This document shows, in pieces, positions 44,714 to 55,940 of a stretch of 64,000 bases of DNA (position 1 is the stretch's first letter; every line of letters starts with the position of its first letter). The DNA comes from an uncultured Gemmatimonadaceae bacterium (GTDB taxonomy: Bacteria; Gemmatimonadota; Gemmatimonadetes; Gemmatimonadales; Gemmatimonadaceae), in contig CAWHHI010000008.1 of assembly GCA_963829055.1 (NCBI GenBank), forward strand, positions 64,001-128,000, read 5' to 3'. The position numbers were made by a program, and so were the translations under genes. The notes beneath the pieces were generated by a model. The model was not told where the DNA came from. It saw only the letters and a list, made by a program, of their open reading frames with translations, and searched no databases.

Positions 44714-46189
44714 CTAATTCCGAACGCGGTTTCGCCCCTCGGCTTTCGCGCGATAAAGCGCCTGGTCCGCGCGCATGAACAGGTCTTCGACCGTCGCGAC
44801 TCGGGGCGCCGGGAACGTCGCCACGCCAATGCTCGCCGTCACCTGGAGCGTCGGGCCGGCGTCCAGCGAGAACGGATGGATCTCGATGCGCTCGCGGATA
44901 CGTTCGGCGAACGCCACCGCACCATCCTCGCGCGTCTCTGGAAGTACGATGACGAACTCCTCGCCGCCGTATCGGGCGACGAGATCGACGCTGCGTACCT
45001 CGTGCTGCAGCAACGCCGCGAGTGCCATCAGCACGTCGTCTCCCACGAGGTGGCCGTACGTGTCGTTGATGCGCTTGAAGTGATCGATGTCGATCATCAG
45101 CAGCGTGACCGTGGAGTCATACCGCCGCGCGCGCTCGAGCTCCGCGTTCAGCCGCTCGGTCAACGCGCGTCGGTTGAGCGCATCGGTGAGCGGGTCCGTT
45201 TGCGCGAGCGCCTCGAGCCGGCGATTGTCGGCGCGCGTGCTCTCCATCATGTTCGCGCGCTGTACCGCCGCGACGGCGGCGCGCACGACCGTATCCGCGA
45301 ACGCGACGTCGTCTTCCCTGAGCGGACGCTCGTCGTCGCCACGACGAAGGAAGAACACGCCGGACTGTCGGGCATCGGCCAGCGAGAACGGCATCGCGAT
45401 CACCGACCGGATGGCCACGTGCGTCCCTTCCTCGCGCCATCGCTCGCGGATATCCGCGTACAACGGGCTCGAACGCACGTCCTCCACCAGAACGGGCTGA
45501 CCCGAATCGAGCGCGGCGCGGATCTCGGGATACCGATCGAGATTGAGCTCGAAGTTCTTCACGAGCGCGTGCTCGAACGACGCGGCGACGACGCCCGACT
45601 TGTCTCCCGGCCGAGCGAGGATGACCGAGCAGCGCGTGAGGTCGAGCGCACGCGCGACGCGACGCGCGAGCAGGTGATAGATCTCGTCCGACGTGAGATC
45701 GCCAGTGACCTCACGGAGGATGTCGACCAGCTTCCGCCGGCTCTCCGCGTCCGCGCGCGCCCGCGCCAACTCTTCCTCCGTCACCCGGAGCGAATCGTAT
45801 GCGGAACGCAGGATGGCACGCATGCGGAGCTGCGCCTGGATGCGCGCGAGCAGCTCACGCACGCGAAACGGCTTGCGCACGAAATCCGCCGCGCCGAGAC
45901 CGAGCGTTTTCACCGCGGCTTCTTCGGGCGGCAGCGATGAGATCATCAGCACTGGCATGTCGCGCCAGCGGTCGTCGTTCTTGATCCGCTCGAGCAGCTG
46001 GAAGCCGTCAACGTCCGAGAACATGACGTCGAGGAGCAGCAGATCCGGCGTGCGCTCCTCGAGCAGTGCCATCAGATCACGGCCACCGGACGCCGAACCG
46101 ACGTCGTAGCCGTGCTCCTTGAGCACCCAGGTCATGGTCTGGAGAATCGCCGGATCATCATCGGCGATCACGATGCGGGCGTTAGCCAT
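44714..46189 (-). CDS. REC-GAF-GGDEF diguanylate cyclase
   Basis: N-terminal receiver; DIDHFKRINDTYGH; RSVD I-site and GGEEF. Confidence 0.92.
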   Translation of the reverse strand: MANARIVIADDDPAILQTMTWVLKEHGYDVGSASGGRDLMALLEERTPDLLLLDVMFSDVDGFQLLERIKNDDRWRDMPVLMISSLPPEEAAVKTLGLGAADFVRKPFRVRELLARIQAQLRMRAILRSAYDSLRVTEEELARARADAESRRKLVDILREVTGDLTSDEIYHLLARRVARALDLTRCSVILARPGDKSGVVAASFEHALVKNFELNLDRYPEIRAALDSGQPVLVEDVRSSPLYADIRERWREEGTHVAIRSVIAMPFSLADARQSGVFFLRRGDDERPLREDDVAFADTVVRAAVAAVQRANMMESTRADNRRLEALAQTDPLTDALNRRALTERLNAELERARRYDSTVTLLMIDIDHFKRINDTYGHLVGDDVLMALAALLQHEVRSVDLVARYGGEEFVIVLPETREDGAVAFAERIRERIEIHPFSLDAGPTLQVTASIGVATFPAPRVATVEDLFMRADQALYRAKAEGRNRVRN

Positions 46190-46555
46190 CGCGAGGTAAG
46201 ACCCCAGCGGTGGGTACGTCGGTCATCGAGAAGTTGACGTTCACGAAGGACAAGAAAGAAGCGCGTGAGAGGACGGACGTAGGATCAGTGGCATGCCACC
46301 CCGTGCATACCGTGAGCCCCGTGGCCGCGCTGCTAATTCATTGTGACATAGTGGCTTGCATAATCGCCGAACTCGACCGTGGGCAGCGCTGTGGTGCTGC
46401 GCCTACAGTCGTGTCGTGGAAGGCCCCCGAATACCTCGTGCGCCAGTCCCCGATCTTTGTAGTTCCGCGAAGGTCGATGCGACGCGGGGCCTGCCAGCAG
46501 GCAGACCCCCGTCAGGCCCGCAAACGCAATCGACTTGCTATTGGATCACTCCGTT

Positions 46556-49066
46556 CTACTCCTCGTCCGGCGCTACCTCGAGCGGCTCGTCGACTTCGTC
46601 ACCTTCGCCTTCGGCCTTGTCCTCGGGAACCACGCGAGCGACGGCGGTGACGTGGTCGCCATCGTCGAGCGAGACGAGGCGAACACCCTGCGCGTTACGG
46701 CCCGTCACGCGCACCTGCTCGACCGACGACCGAATGACGATGCCACCACGTGTGATCAACATGATCTCGTCTTCCGGCAGTACTTCCATCAACGCGACGA
46801 CGTCGCCGGTCTTCTCAGTGCGGTTCACCGTGAGGATTCCCTTTCCGCCGCGCTTCTGCACGCGATAGTCGTCGATGTGCGTGCACTTCCCGAGGCCCTT
46901 CTCCGTCACGACGAGCAGCGTCGCTTCGCGCTTGATCACGACCATCCCCACGACGAAGTCATCGGGCCTGAGCTCGATGCCCTTCACGCCTGTGGTGTCG
47001 CGACCCATGTCGCGCACGTCGCTCTCGTGGAACCGCACTGACAACCCGTGCTTGGTGGCGATGACGATGTCGTTCGTTCCGCTCGTCACCTGCACGTCGA
47101 TCAGCTCATCGTTCTTCTCGATCTTGATGGCCTTGATGCCGTTCGCACGCGGGTTGGAATACTCGCTGAGCTTCGTCTTCTTGACCGTTCCATTCTTCGT
47201 GCAGAACAACAGGGAGCTCTCGTCGTTGAACTCGCGCACCGGCACGATCGCCTTGATCTGCGTATCGGGCGTGACGTTGATGAGATTCACGATGGGTTTG
47301 CCCTTCGTCGCGCGACCTGCCTGTGGCAGCTCGTGCACCTTGAGCCAGAAGCAACGCCCGTCGTCGGTGAAGATGAGCAGGTAGTCGTGCGTGCTGCCGA
47401 TGAAGAGCCGCTCGATGAAGTCGAGCTCCTTCAGGTCCTGTCCACTCGACCCCCGACCTCCGCGGCGTTGTCGGCGGTATGTCGTCGTCGGCGTCCGCTT
47501 GATGTACCCGGAGTGCGAGATCGTGACGACCATGTCTTCTTCAGCGATCAGATCCTCGATCGTGAATTCGCCCTGGTCGCTCGTGATCTCGGTGCGACGC
47601 GGATCACCGTACGTGTCGACGATCTTCTGCAGCTCGTCCTTCATGAGCTTGAGACGCCTCGGCTTCGACTCGAGCAGTGAGCGCAGGTCCTTGATCACGC
47701 CGCGGACTTCCTTGAGCTCCGCCTCGAGCTCGTCGATCGCGAGTCCCGTGAGCCTCGCGAGTCGCATGTTCAGGATTGCTTCCGCCTGACGCTCCGAAAG
47801 CTTGAAGCGCTTCTGCAGCTGAGCACTCGCCTTGGGCGTGTCCTCCGCCTTGCGAATGACCTTGATCACTTCGTCGATGTTGTCGACGGCGATCTTGAGG
47901 CCGTCCAGGATGTGCTCGCGCTCGAGCGCCTTGTCGAGCTCATACTGCGCGCGCCGCACGATGACTTCGTGCCGGTGCGTGATGTAGTGCTCGAGCACTT
48001 CCCTGATGCCCATGACCTTCGGCACGAGCTGCCGCGTGTTCACGTCAGGCACGAGTGCCAGCATGATCACGCCGAACGTCGCCTGCATCGTCGTGTGCTT
48101 GTACAGCTGATTCAGCACAACGCGCGGAATCGCATCGCGCTTGAGCTCAATGACAATGCGCGTGGTGTCCGACGACTCGTCGCGTAGATCGCTGATCCCT
48201 TCCAGCTTCTTGTCGCGCACGAGCTCCGCGATGTCACGCACGAGGTTCGCGCGGTTCACCTGATACGGCAGCTCTGTCACGACGATCTGCGACTTGTTCG
48301 AGGTCTCCTTCTCCTCGATGACCGCACGCGCGCGCATCACGATCTTGCCGCGTCCCGTCTCCTGATAGTCCTTGATGCCGTCGCGTCCGTAGATGTACGC
48401 GCCGGTGGGGAAGTCGGGGCCCTTGATGATTTTTCGAATGTCCGTGATCGACAAATCCGGGTTGTCGATCATCGCCATCGTCGCGCTGATGACTTCCTTG
48501 AGATTGTGCGGCGGGATGTTCGTGGCCATGCCGACGGCGATTCCCGACGATCCGTTCACGAGCAGGTTCGGAATGCCCGCGGGCAGAACCTTCGGCTCGG
48601 TGAGGTGGTCGTCGAAGTTCGGCGCGAAGTCGACCGTGTTCTTGTCGATGTCGGCGAGCAGCTCGGTCGCGATCCGCATGAGCCGCGCTTCCGTGTAGCG
48701 GTACGCCGCGGCGGGATCACCGTCCATCGACCCGAAGTTTCCCTGCCCGTCCACCAACGGATAGCGCAGCGAGAACTCCTGAACCATTCGGACAAGCGCG
48801 TCGTAGACTGCGCCGTCTCCGTGCGGATGGAATCGACCCAGCACGTCACCCACGACCGTCGCGGACTTCTTGAACGGGCGGTTGGGCAAGAGGCCCAGGT
48901 CGTTCATCGCGTACAAAATGCGCCGATGGACGGGCTTCAGTCCGTCGCGTACATCGGGCAGCGCACGCGACACGATCACGCTCATCGAATAGTTGATGAA
49001 CGATTCCTTGATCTCCTCGTCAATGAGACGCGGGAGAATACGCTCGCGGTTGTTTGGTGCGGTCAT
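46556..49066 (-). CDS. gyrA: DNA gyrase subunit A
   Basis: [20 protein letters not shown], GyrA-box QRRGGRG and C-terminal pinwheel repeats. Confidence 0.97.
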   Translation of the reverse strand: MTAPNNRERILPRLIDEEIKESFINYSMSVIVSRALPDVRDGLKPVHRRILYAMNDLGLLPNRPFKKSATVVGDVLGRFHPHGDGAVYDALVRMVQEFSLRYPLVDGQGNFGSMDGDPAAAYRYTEARLMRIATELLADIDKNTVDFAPNFDDHLTEPKVLPAGIPNLLVNGSSGIAVGMATNIPPHNLKEVISATMAMIDNPDLSITDIRKIIKGPDFPTGAYIYGRDGIKDYQETGRGKIVMRARAVIEEKETSNKSQIVVTELPYQVNRANLVRDIAELVRDKKLEGISDLRDESSDTTRIVIELKRDAIPRVVLNQLYKHTTMQATFGVIMLALVPDVNTRQLVPKVMGIREVLEHYITHRHEVIVRRAQYELDKALEREHILDGLKIAVDNIDEVIKVIRKAEDTPKASAQLQKRFKLSERQAEAILNMRLARLTGLAIDELEAELKEVRGVIKDLRSLLESKPRRLKLMKDELQKIVDTYGDPRRTEITSDQGEFTIEDLIAEEDMVVTISHSGYIKRTPTTTYRRQRRGGRGSSGQDLKELDFIERLFIGSTHDYLLIFTDDGRCFWLKVHELPQAGRATKGKPIVNLINVTPDTQIKAIVPVREFNDESSLLFCTKNGTVKKTKLSEYSNPRANGIKAIKIEKNDELIDVQVTSGTNDIVIATKHGLSVRFHESDVRDMGRDTTGVKGIELRPDDFVVGMVVIKREATLLVVTEKGLGKCTHIDDYRVQKRGGKGILTVNRTEKTGDVVALMEVLPEDEIMLITRGGIVIRSSVEQVRVTGRNAQGVRLVSLDDGDHVTAVARVVPEDKAEGEGDEVDEPLEVAPDEE

Positions 49067-49293
49067 GACGTCCTGCGGGAGGAAAAACCGAGTCGAAATC
49101 GGGAACGGGAAGTATACCCGAAGGGGAGGCGAATGGCAACGCGTGCTTAGCTGTGTAAGCAACAGCACGACAACGACTTAGAAACCGTGTTGCCGTGCTG
49201 TTCGCAATGCCTGTCCTACAGCCCCGATGTGAGACGACGCACATCCCGCAGACGCAAAGCGGACTCTACCGTATGAGCTCCGCTGGCGTTACT

Positions 49294-50700
49294 TCAACAC
49301 CCTCGCTTCGCCTGCCAGGTCAGCTCGTTCTCCGCGTCGTTGAGCAGCAGTCGGTTCACCCACTCGACGCCCTGCGCCACCGAGTGGTCCATGTTTCCGA
49401 CCTCATAGCGCCACGAGCCGAACCGACCGCGCGAGTGAATGCCTTTCGCCTCGAGCCACGGCTGTACCGCCTTGAGCGCCTCGTCGCGCTCGAGCGACGG
49501 AGTCGGGTAGGTGTAGTCACGCTCGATGAGATGGGCGTCGACGATGTCCCGCTTGTCCGCCTCGGAGATCATGCGCGTGTTGACGAGTCCCTGAATCGTC
49601 TCGTCGACGATGGTGCGCCTGTCCACCGGCTTGAACTCCGAGTGCGAGATCTCGGCGAGCAGCGAGTAGTGTGTCGCCGGATCAGGCACGACATCGGGTG
49701 AATAGTTCGACAGGTACGTGAGCCGGTAGAACGGGCAGTTGTCCTCGGGGAAATACATCCAGCACTTGTTCGACGGCGAGGGCTGCTTGATCCCCACGCC
49801 GACGATGTACGATCCCGAGTGACGGAGCCGCGCCGCCTGCGTGCGCACGCAATCGGGGACGTCGCCGGTCATGGACTTGACCAGGATGTCGAGCGGAATC
49901 GTGGACAGCAGCACATCGAACGGCTCACGACCACCGTCCGCCAACACGACCTCGCGGCGATCCGCATCCACCGACACGACCGGCGCGCAGAGCCGGAGAT
50001 TCTCCTCCACGTACGGCCGCATTCGCTCGAAGAGCTCACCGGTACCGCCGACGCGTGGGTACTTGAATGTCGCGTTAGGTCCCCACGAGACATCTTCGCG
50101 ATCGAGCACCACGTTGCCGAGCACGCGCTCGATCGGCGGAGTAGCGACGCGCTCGCCGATCCATTCCTTGTTCATCATCCGCGGCGGGTGCGCCCAGACC
50201 TTGAAGTTGTAGGGCATCATGAAGTGCTTCGCGATGCCAACGCCGAACACGCCGCGAATCAGCTCCTCGAAGTTCGCGAACTGATTCTTGTCGATCGGCT
50301 GCTTCTGCGCCTCGATGAGTCCGAGGAGACACTCCAGCACCACTTCCTTCGGCAGGAACTTGATGTTGTTCTGGAACGGATAGGGGAGGAAGCGATCGAA
50401 CATCCACACCCACGACTCGCGTAGCAGTTCCTGGTACTCGTCACCCATCAGCTTGTCGAACAGTCGATCGAAGTACTCGTAGTGCGAGAACAGAACGTGA
50501 CCGCCGATGTCGTAGATGAATCCGTTGGGGCTTCGCTCCGACGACGCCAGACCGCCGACCTTGTAGCGACTCTCGAGCATCGTGAAGTTCGTGTAGCCGA
50601 GCTCGCGCAGCCGGTATCCGGCTGCGAGTCCCGTCGGCCCTGCACCGATGATGACGATCTTTGGTCCGTCGGCGGTCGTACTCGTCTCGATCTGCGTCAT
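49294..50700 (-). CDS. FAD oxidoreductase, eukaryote-type UDP-galactopyranose mutase-like
   Basis: GAGPTG, DIGGHVLFSHY, PYPFQNNI, PYNFKVWA, WGPNATF and RGRFGSWRYEVGNMDHS. Confidence 0.8.
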   Translation of the reverse strand: MTQIETSTTADGPKIVIIGAGPTGLAAGYRLRELGYTNFTMLESRYKVGGLASSERSPNGFIYDIGGHVLFSHYEYFDRLFDKLMGDEYQELLRESWVWMFDRFLPYPFQNNIKFLPKEVVLECLLGLIEAQKQPIDKNQFANFEELIRGVFGVGIAKHFMMPYNFKVWAHPPRMMNKEWIGERVATPPIERVLGNVVLDREDVSWGPNATFKYPRVGGTGELFERMRPYVEENLRLCAPVVSVDADRREVVLADGGREPFDVLLSTIPLDILVKSMTGDVPDCVRTQAARLRHSGSYIVGVGIKQPSPSNKCWMYFPEDNCPFYRLTYLSNYSPDVVPDPATHYSLLAEISHSEFKPVDRRTIVDETIQGLVNTRMISEADKRDIVDAHLIERDYTYPTPSLERDEALKAVQPWLEAKGIHSRGRFGSWRYEVGNMDHSVAQGVEWVNRLLLNDAENELTWQAKRGC

Positions 50701-53021
50701 ACCTGATCCTGAGCGCGCGCGAGCAGCGCCGCACGCGAGCCGTCGTGTGTTGATGGTGTGGAATTTCTGGAAGACCGCTTGGGCTGGTTGACTGGCCCGT
50801 GTGTACCGGCGCTCGTGACGCCGCCGTAACTCTGCTCCCACGCGCGCGCGCGTGCATAACGCTGCAGCGCGTCATCGAGAGGGCTGAGGAGCGTACCGCG
50901 CACGCTCTCGAGCGCGGTGTAGCGCGGCCGGGGTGCGGCGAGTCCGAGCTCTTCGACCGGGACCGCGCGCAGATTCGCCGTACTGACGCCTACGGTGTGC
51001 GCCGCTCGGCGCGCCAGCTCTTCCCACGTCACCGCACCGCCGTTCGCGAGATGCCACACGCCTGACTCGCCATCGATCAGCAAGTCCAGCATCCCCTCGA
51101 CGAGGTCGGGCACATACGTCGGCGACACCACGATGTCGCTGATGGCCGTATAGGTCTGGCCGCTGGCCAGCGACTGCAGGGCGCACGTGACGAAGTTGTA
51201 CGGATCGTGATCGCCGAAGAATGCCGCCGTGCGGATGACCAGCGCCTGCGGATTCGCCGCGAGCACCATCGCCTCTGCCTCGGCCTTGGTGCGGCCGTAC
51301 TCGCACAGCGGGCGAACATCGTCAGTCTCGACGTATGGCGCCCGCTTGTGACCGTCGAAGACGAGATCCGTCGATACCGTCACGAACCGTGCGCCCGCGG
51401 CGGCACACGCAGCCGCGAGCACGCGGGCACCGTCGACATTTTCTCGCTGGCATGCGCCCCGCTCGCGCTCGGCGTCGTCGACCCGCACGAAGCCGGCACA
51501 GTTCACGATCGCCCATGGCCTATGCCTCGCCACAGCCGCGGCAACGGCGTTCGCATCAGCGATGTCGAGCTCTCGGCGTGTGAGCGCCCAGTGCTTGATG
51601 CCGCGCACCTCACAGGCGCGGACGACGGCTCGCCCCAGCGTGCCCGTTGCGCCGACGATCAGCATCGGACGGGTCGTGGCCGCGGGTGCCCTCGGAATGA
51701 ATGCATGGGCAGCGCGCGGCGCTCGTAGCGATACGGGCGGATACGTTAGTCGCTCATCGGAGCGCCACCATCCCGGTCCGTGCAACGCTGGATGATCATA
51801 CGAGCCGCATAACGCGAGCGACTGAACCATGCGGGCCAGCGCCGTGGGCCGTGGCTCCGGAGCGCGGATGTCGAACAGTCCCGCTTCGTACACGCCGTCA
51901 TCCCGCCTGAGTAACGAGCTCCAGTCATGCGCACCGAACGCCGACCACGCAGTCACCGCGACGATGTTGGCGCCCTCGCCGCGAAGCTGACTGGCAGACC
52001 GCCACACTTCGTCCAGCCAGCGAAGCTGCTGCTCACGCGTGCACGCGAGGTGAGCTTCCGTCACGGCAACAGGCGCGCGATATCGCTCCCACGTTTCGCG
52101 CATGAGCGTGTACGGCCCAGCCAACCCGTCGCGTAGCACTCGCACCGCTTCGACATCGGCGTAGCGATGCCGGTGGTTCCCGCCGTGCGTGCTCTCCGGG
52201 TACGAGGCGAGTTGCTCGTCGAGGAAGCGTTCGCTCGTGAGGTAGTGATTGATGCCGATGATATCTGGCGGGCACGCGTTCTCTGCGAACGCATCGAGCT
52301 CCCGCGAAGCGATGCCCGCCCACCGCAGATACTTGACGAGCGGGTGTCGACCGCGAACGCGACCACACAGCAGATCGAACGTCAGCCAGCGGCGCTCGTT
52401 CTCGAACTCCGCTTGATAACGCAGGCATTCGCGCGAATGCGTCTTGCCGAGGTCTTCAGTCTGTACCAGGCGCGCATGCGGAGTGACCTCGCGGATGGCC
52501 CGCATCGCGGCCACGATCGCTTGGCATTGCGTAATGACCGCGCGCGCGAAGTCTCGAGGCGAGCGCGCGTGCGGGTACCAGTGGCCGTAGAGCGCGGAGA
52601 ACCGGGCGGTCGTGAGCGGCTCGTTGATCGGCGTGAACCGATCGACCCAGGGATAGCGCTCCGCGACGGTCCGCGCGAATCGCGCGAGCTGTGCGGGGAA
52701 TCGCGGGTCGATCAGGCTCGTGTTCGCCGGGCCGCTTCCGTGGTGCAGCAGCCCGATGATCGGCGCGATACCGTGGGCGCGAAGGCGCTCGAGGCAGTCG
52801 TCCGTCCACTTCCACGCGGAAGCCCCGAGTGCGACCACCCGCTCCCAGAGGACGGGAAACCGAACGGCTCGCACCCCCAGTGCTGCCAGGCGGTCCACGT
52901 CCTCCGGGCGATCGTACTGCCCTCCTCGCACCAACTGATCGCCGTACCGATTGCCGACACGATTGAGCGAGCATTCGATTCCGGCCCACACCTCCACAGG
53001 CTGTCGCACGAGAGCTGCCAC
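50697..53021 (-). CDS. GH1-like glycoside hydrolase fused to dTDP-4-dehydrorhamnose reductase (RmlD-like)
   Basis: TPINEP and VTEAH in the N-half; GATGTLG, STDLVFDG and YGRTK in the C-half; intact ORF. Confidence 0.85.
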   Translation of the reverse strand: MAALVRQPVEVWAGIECSLNRVGNRYGDQLVRGGQYDRPEDVDRLAALGVRAVRFPVLWERVVALGASAWKWTDDCLERLRAHGIAPIIGLLHHGSGPANTSLIDPRFPAQLARFARTVAERYPWVDRFTPINEPLTTARFSALYGHWYPHARSPRDFARAVITQCQAIVAAMRAIREVTPHARLVQTEDLGKTHSRECLRYQAEFENERRWLTFDLLCGRVRGRHPLVKYLRWAGIASRELDAFAENACPPDIIGINHYLTSERFLDEQLASYPESTHGGNHRHRYADVEAVRVLRDGLAGPYTLMRETWERYRAPVAVTEAHLACTREQQLRWLDEVWRSASQLRGEGANIVAVTAWSAFGAHDWSSLLRRDDGVYEAGLFDIRAPEPRPTALARMVQSLALCGSYDHPALHGPGWWRSDERLTYPPVSLRAPRAAHAFIPRAPAATTRPMLIVGATGTLGRAVVRACEVRGIKHWALTRRELDIADANAVAAAVARHRPWAIVNCAGFVRVDDAERERGACQRENVDGARVLAAACAAAGARFVTVSTDLVFDGHKRAPYVETDDVRPLCEYGRTKAEAEAMVLAANPQALVIRTAAFFGDHDPYNFVTCALQSLASGQTYTAISDIVVSPTYVPDLVEGMLDLLIDGESGVWHLANGGAVTWEELARRAAHTVGVSTANLRAVPVEELGLAAPRPRYTALESVRGTLLSPLDDALQRYARARAWEQSYGGVTSAGTHGPVNQPKRSSRNSTPSTHDGSRAALLARAQDQV

Positions 53022-53024
53022 GCG

Positions 53025-54326
53025 TTAGGCGCGAGTCGCCGCGCCCTCCCCTTTCGAGCCGGAGCGCACGGCCGCGGACCCGCCGCTGGCCTGCGTGGCG
53101 CTCGTAGCACTAACGCTGGCGGCAGTCGCCCGACGCCCCTGCGTCGCTTCCTTGGCCGCTGACCAGGGCCGCCGTGCCTGCACCGCGGTGGTCATGAGGC
53201 GATCCATGGCCGTGACGATGGACTCCCACGACGAGCGCCGGGCACACGCCACGCCCGCTTCGATCCGTTCGGGATCCGGGGCAATGGCGGCGCGAGCTTC
53301 GTGAATGAACCCGTCGGTGGAATCGGCGACGCGAACGATGGGAGTGAAGTTACGAACAACGTCAGGCACCGCCGTCGACACGATGGGCTTTCCCGCCGCC
53401 ATGTACTCCAGCGTCTTCGTCGGGTTGATGAACTCCGTCGCCTCGTTGAGGGCGAACGGCATCAGACACACATCGAACGCCTTCACATAACGCGGGAGAT
53501 CGGCGTACGCGCGCTGGCCAAGCCAGTGGAGGTTCGGGCGTTGCGGCAGATCGCGAGGATCCACCTTGACGACCGGGCCCACGACGACCACCGAGCCGTC
53601 CGGGAAGGCGTCAGCGAGCCGGCCAAGGAGCTCGTAGTCCAGTCGCTCATCAACCACGCCGAAATATCCGAGCACCGGCTGCGGCAGATCCGCGAGCTCA
53701 GGTGGCACCGGCGTCTCCGGGTTGCGCGCGAGACCGAAGTGGCGCGCATCCACGCCGCACCCGAAGAAGTGCACGTTCTCGTGGTGCTTCGCCTTGGACT
53801 GGTACAGCTGATAACCCCCAGTGAAGACGACGTCCGCTGCCGACATGAGCTGGCGCTCGCGCACGCCAAGATCCGGCGGCGCAAAGCGGAACTGCGCCAA
53901 CTCATCCATGCAGTCGTAGACGACGGCGCACTCACCAAGCGCACCGAGCATCGTGCGCGCAGGCATCGGCGTGTAGAACCACTGGACGGCGTCGTCGAAC
54001 GTTCCGGCGAGCTGACCACCCTCGCCTAACAACTCGACGAGCAGTGTGCGCACGGCCGCCGCGGCGTCATCGTACGAGGCGCGCAGATCACCGGGCAGCC
54101 TCGGAATGACGCGATACACACCGGGCGTCGGCTGCGAGACGTCGAGCGAGCCTGCGGCGATGTCATCGGCGAAAACCGGCTCCTCGACGTAGAGCACGGG
54201 ACGGCTGCGGCCGAAGCGCGACAGAATCTGCTGTGGGCGCTGCCACACAAAATCCCAGCGCAGATGGCTGTGGACGATCAACGGATGACGGCCGTCGTTG
54301 ACGGCCGTGCGCGCAACGGATGCCAT
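53025..54326 (-). CDS. GT-B glycosyltransferase (GT4-like)
   Basis: HLRWDFVWQRPQ, YDCMDEL and NPTKTLEYMAAGKP motifs. Confidence 0.88.
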   Translation of the reverse strand: MASVARTAVNDGRHPLIVHSHLRWDFVWQRPQQILSRFGRSRPVLYVEEPVFADDIAAGSLDVSQPTPGVYRVIPRLPGDLRASYDDAAAAVRTLLVELLGEGGQLAGTFDDAVQWFYTPMPARTMLGALGECAVVYDCMDELAQFRFAPPDLGVRERQLMSAADVVFTGGYQLYQSKAKHHENVHFFGCGVDARHFGLARNPETPVPPELADLPQPVLGYFGVVDERLDYELLGRLADAFPDGSVVVVGPVVKVDPRDLPQRPNLHWLGQRAYADLPRYVKAFDVCLMPFALNEATEFINPTKTLEYMAAGKPIVSTAVPDVVRNFTPIVRVADSTDGFIHEARAAIAPDPERIEAGVACARRSSWESIVTAMDRLMTTAVQARRPWSAAKEATQGRRATAASVSATSATQASGGSAAVRSGSKGEGAATRA

Positions 54327-54517
54327 GCTCAAATCGGGGCGAGTGGTGGTGTTCGGCGACGTGCTGGCGAGCGCCGCCCAATGGGCAAATCATATGCCCC
54401 ACTCGTCCGATTTTCGCGTTGATGGGATGATCTGTTTGCCTAACGAGCGAGAGCCAAAGCGCTAACGCTTTGGCTCCCAATTAGATCCGGAATTGCAGGT
54501 GACTGGTCGCGAAATGA

Positions 54518-55723
54518 CTATGCCTGAGCACGCACAAAATTGCTCACTCCGCCATTAGCCGTCCACTGCGGCCCCCATGTCGCGACGATCTCGCGATAGC
54601 GGTGCGCAACCGGACGCGGCCGTCGTTTGAGGTCGTACAGGCCAACCGGATGGAGGTGATTCCGCTCCTCACGCAGAGCGTACTGCCAGTCCACCTGATC
54701 CGTAAGCGAATACCACGTGAATCCGCGGATGGGAATTCCGTCGGCGTGCAGCTGCACCATGTCGCGCCATTGCTCGTCGAGCCAGTCCACAGCGTGCCCG
54801 TGCACGCGATTGGTCTCGCAGTGAAAGAGCGGAACGTTGTACCGGTGGTAGTACTGCATCGCCAGCGCGCGGAAGCCGACCCCTCGCCGCGACGTCGTGC
54901 TGCGCCCTGTCGCGGACACACGGTGCTCGCACGTCGGGTAATAGTCCATGCCGAGCCACCGCTGACCAACGGCGCGACGCTCTCGAAAAAAACTGAGGTC
55001 GTTGGACGTTACGCCGTTGACGTTGAGATAGGCCGCCATTCCTGGCGCGAGCTCGTGCCCCATTGTCAGATCGAGCGACAGGTACTTGATCGCGTTCCAG
55101 CGCTCCGCCTCGCGTGTGGCGGAGCGGCCAGCAGCCTCGAAGTGCTCGATCGATTCTCCCTGCACGATGATCGCGTCCGGCCGCTCGGAGAGAATCGCCT
55201 CCACCGCCAGCTCGTGCGCCATGCAGAGATTCCGGAGCGCGCGGACGAACGTCGCGTCGCTCGTCCCACATTCATTCCACCACCCGCGCAGCGCCGAGAA
55301 GCTCGCGCAGATGAAGATCTCGTTCACCGGCGTGAAGTACCGCACCCACGGATAGCGACGCGCGAAGTTCCGCGCGTACTCCGCGAACAGCACGGGGAAC
55401 GCATCGTCCTGAAAGCCGCCGAGCCACGACGGGACGCCGAAGTGACACAGGTCGGCGATGACCTCGAGCCCCAACTCGCGCAGGCAATGCATGGGCGCGT
55501 CGGCGGTGTCCCAGTCGAACCGGTCGGGCGCGACGTGCGTCCGGTAATAGGGCGGACCGTAGCGCAGGGCATTGAGGCCCATCTCGCGCACGAGCGCGAA
55601 GTCCTCCTCCCAGCGCTCGTAGTGGCCGCACTTTTCCATCTGGTCGACGCGCGCACCGGTGCGCAGCGTCGGATAGCTGTTCTCGATGCCAGTGGCAAAG
55701 AGAAACGGGACAGCAGCAGACAT
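54518..55723 (-). CDS. GH1-like beta-glycosidase
   Basis: FATGIENS, TPVNE, CETN and FTWYSLTDQVDW motifs. Confidence 0.85.
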   Translation of the reverse strand: MSAAVPFLFATGIENSYPTLRTGARVDQMEKCGHYERWEEDFALVREMGLNALRYGPPYYRTHVAPDRFDWDTADAPMHCLRELGLEVIADLCHFGVPSWLGGFQDDAFPVLFAEYARNFARRYPWVRYFTPVNEIFICASFSALRGWWNECGTSDATFVRALRNLCMAHELAVEAILSERPDAIIVQGESIEHFEAAGRSATREAERWNAIKYLSLDLTMGHELAPGMAAYLNVNGVTSNDLSFFRERRAVGQRWLGMDYYPTCEHRVSATGRSTTSRRGVGFRALAMQYYHRYNVPLFHCETNRVHGHAVDWLDEQWRDMVQLHADGIPIRGFTWYSLTDQVDWQYALREERNHLHPVGLYDLKRRPRPVAHRYREIVATWGPQWTANGGVSNFVRAQA

Positions 55724-55940
55724 CTCTGAATGCGACGGAAAAACGGCCGGAAGTGGTCGTCGGCGTGGACTCGGTGAGCGCGAAGCTCAGCTGCACACGC
55801 GGCGATCGAGGAATGGTACCGCAGCGACGACGAACGACGACCACCGACGTAACTAAGCCAAAGGCCAACTTGTTAGGCGTGGTCCGGCTCGCCACCCCAG
55901 GCGAGCCGGGCTCTGCCTTGGGCTTCTCACACTGCCCGCC

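Noticed and set aside
49235..49293. GACGCAAAGC resembling a c-di-GMP-I riboswitch
   Set aside because: The upstream GGCAAAC/GNRA stem is missing; the hairpin is better explained as the 3' end of the UGM operon.
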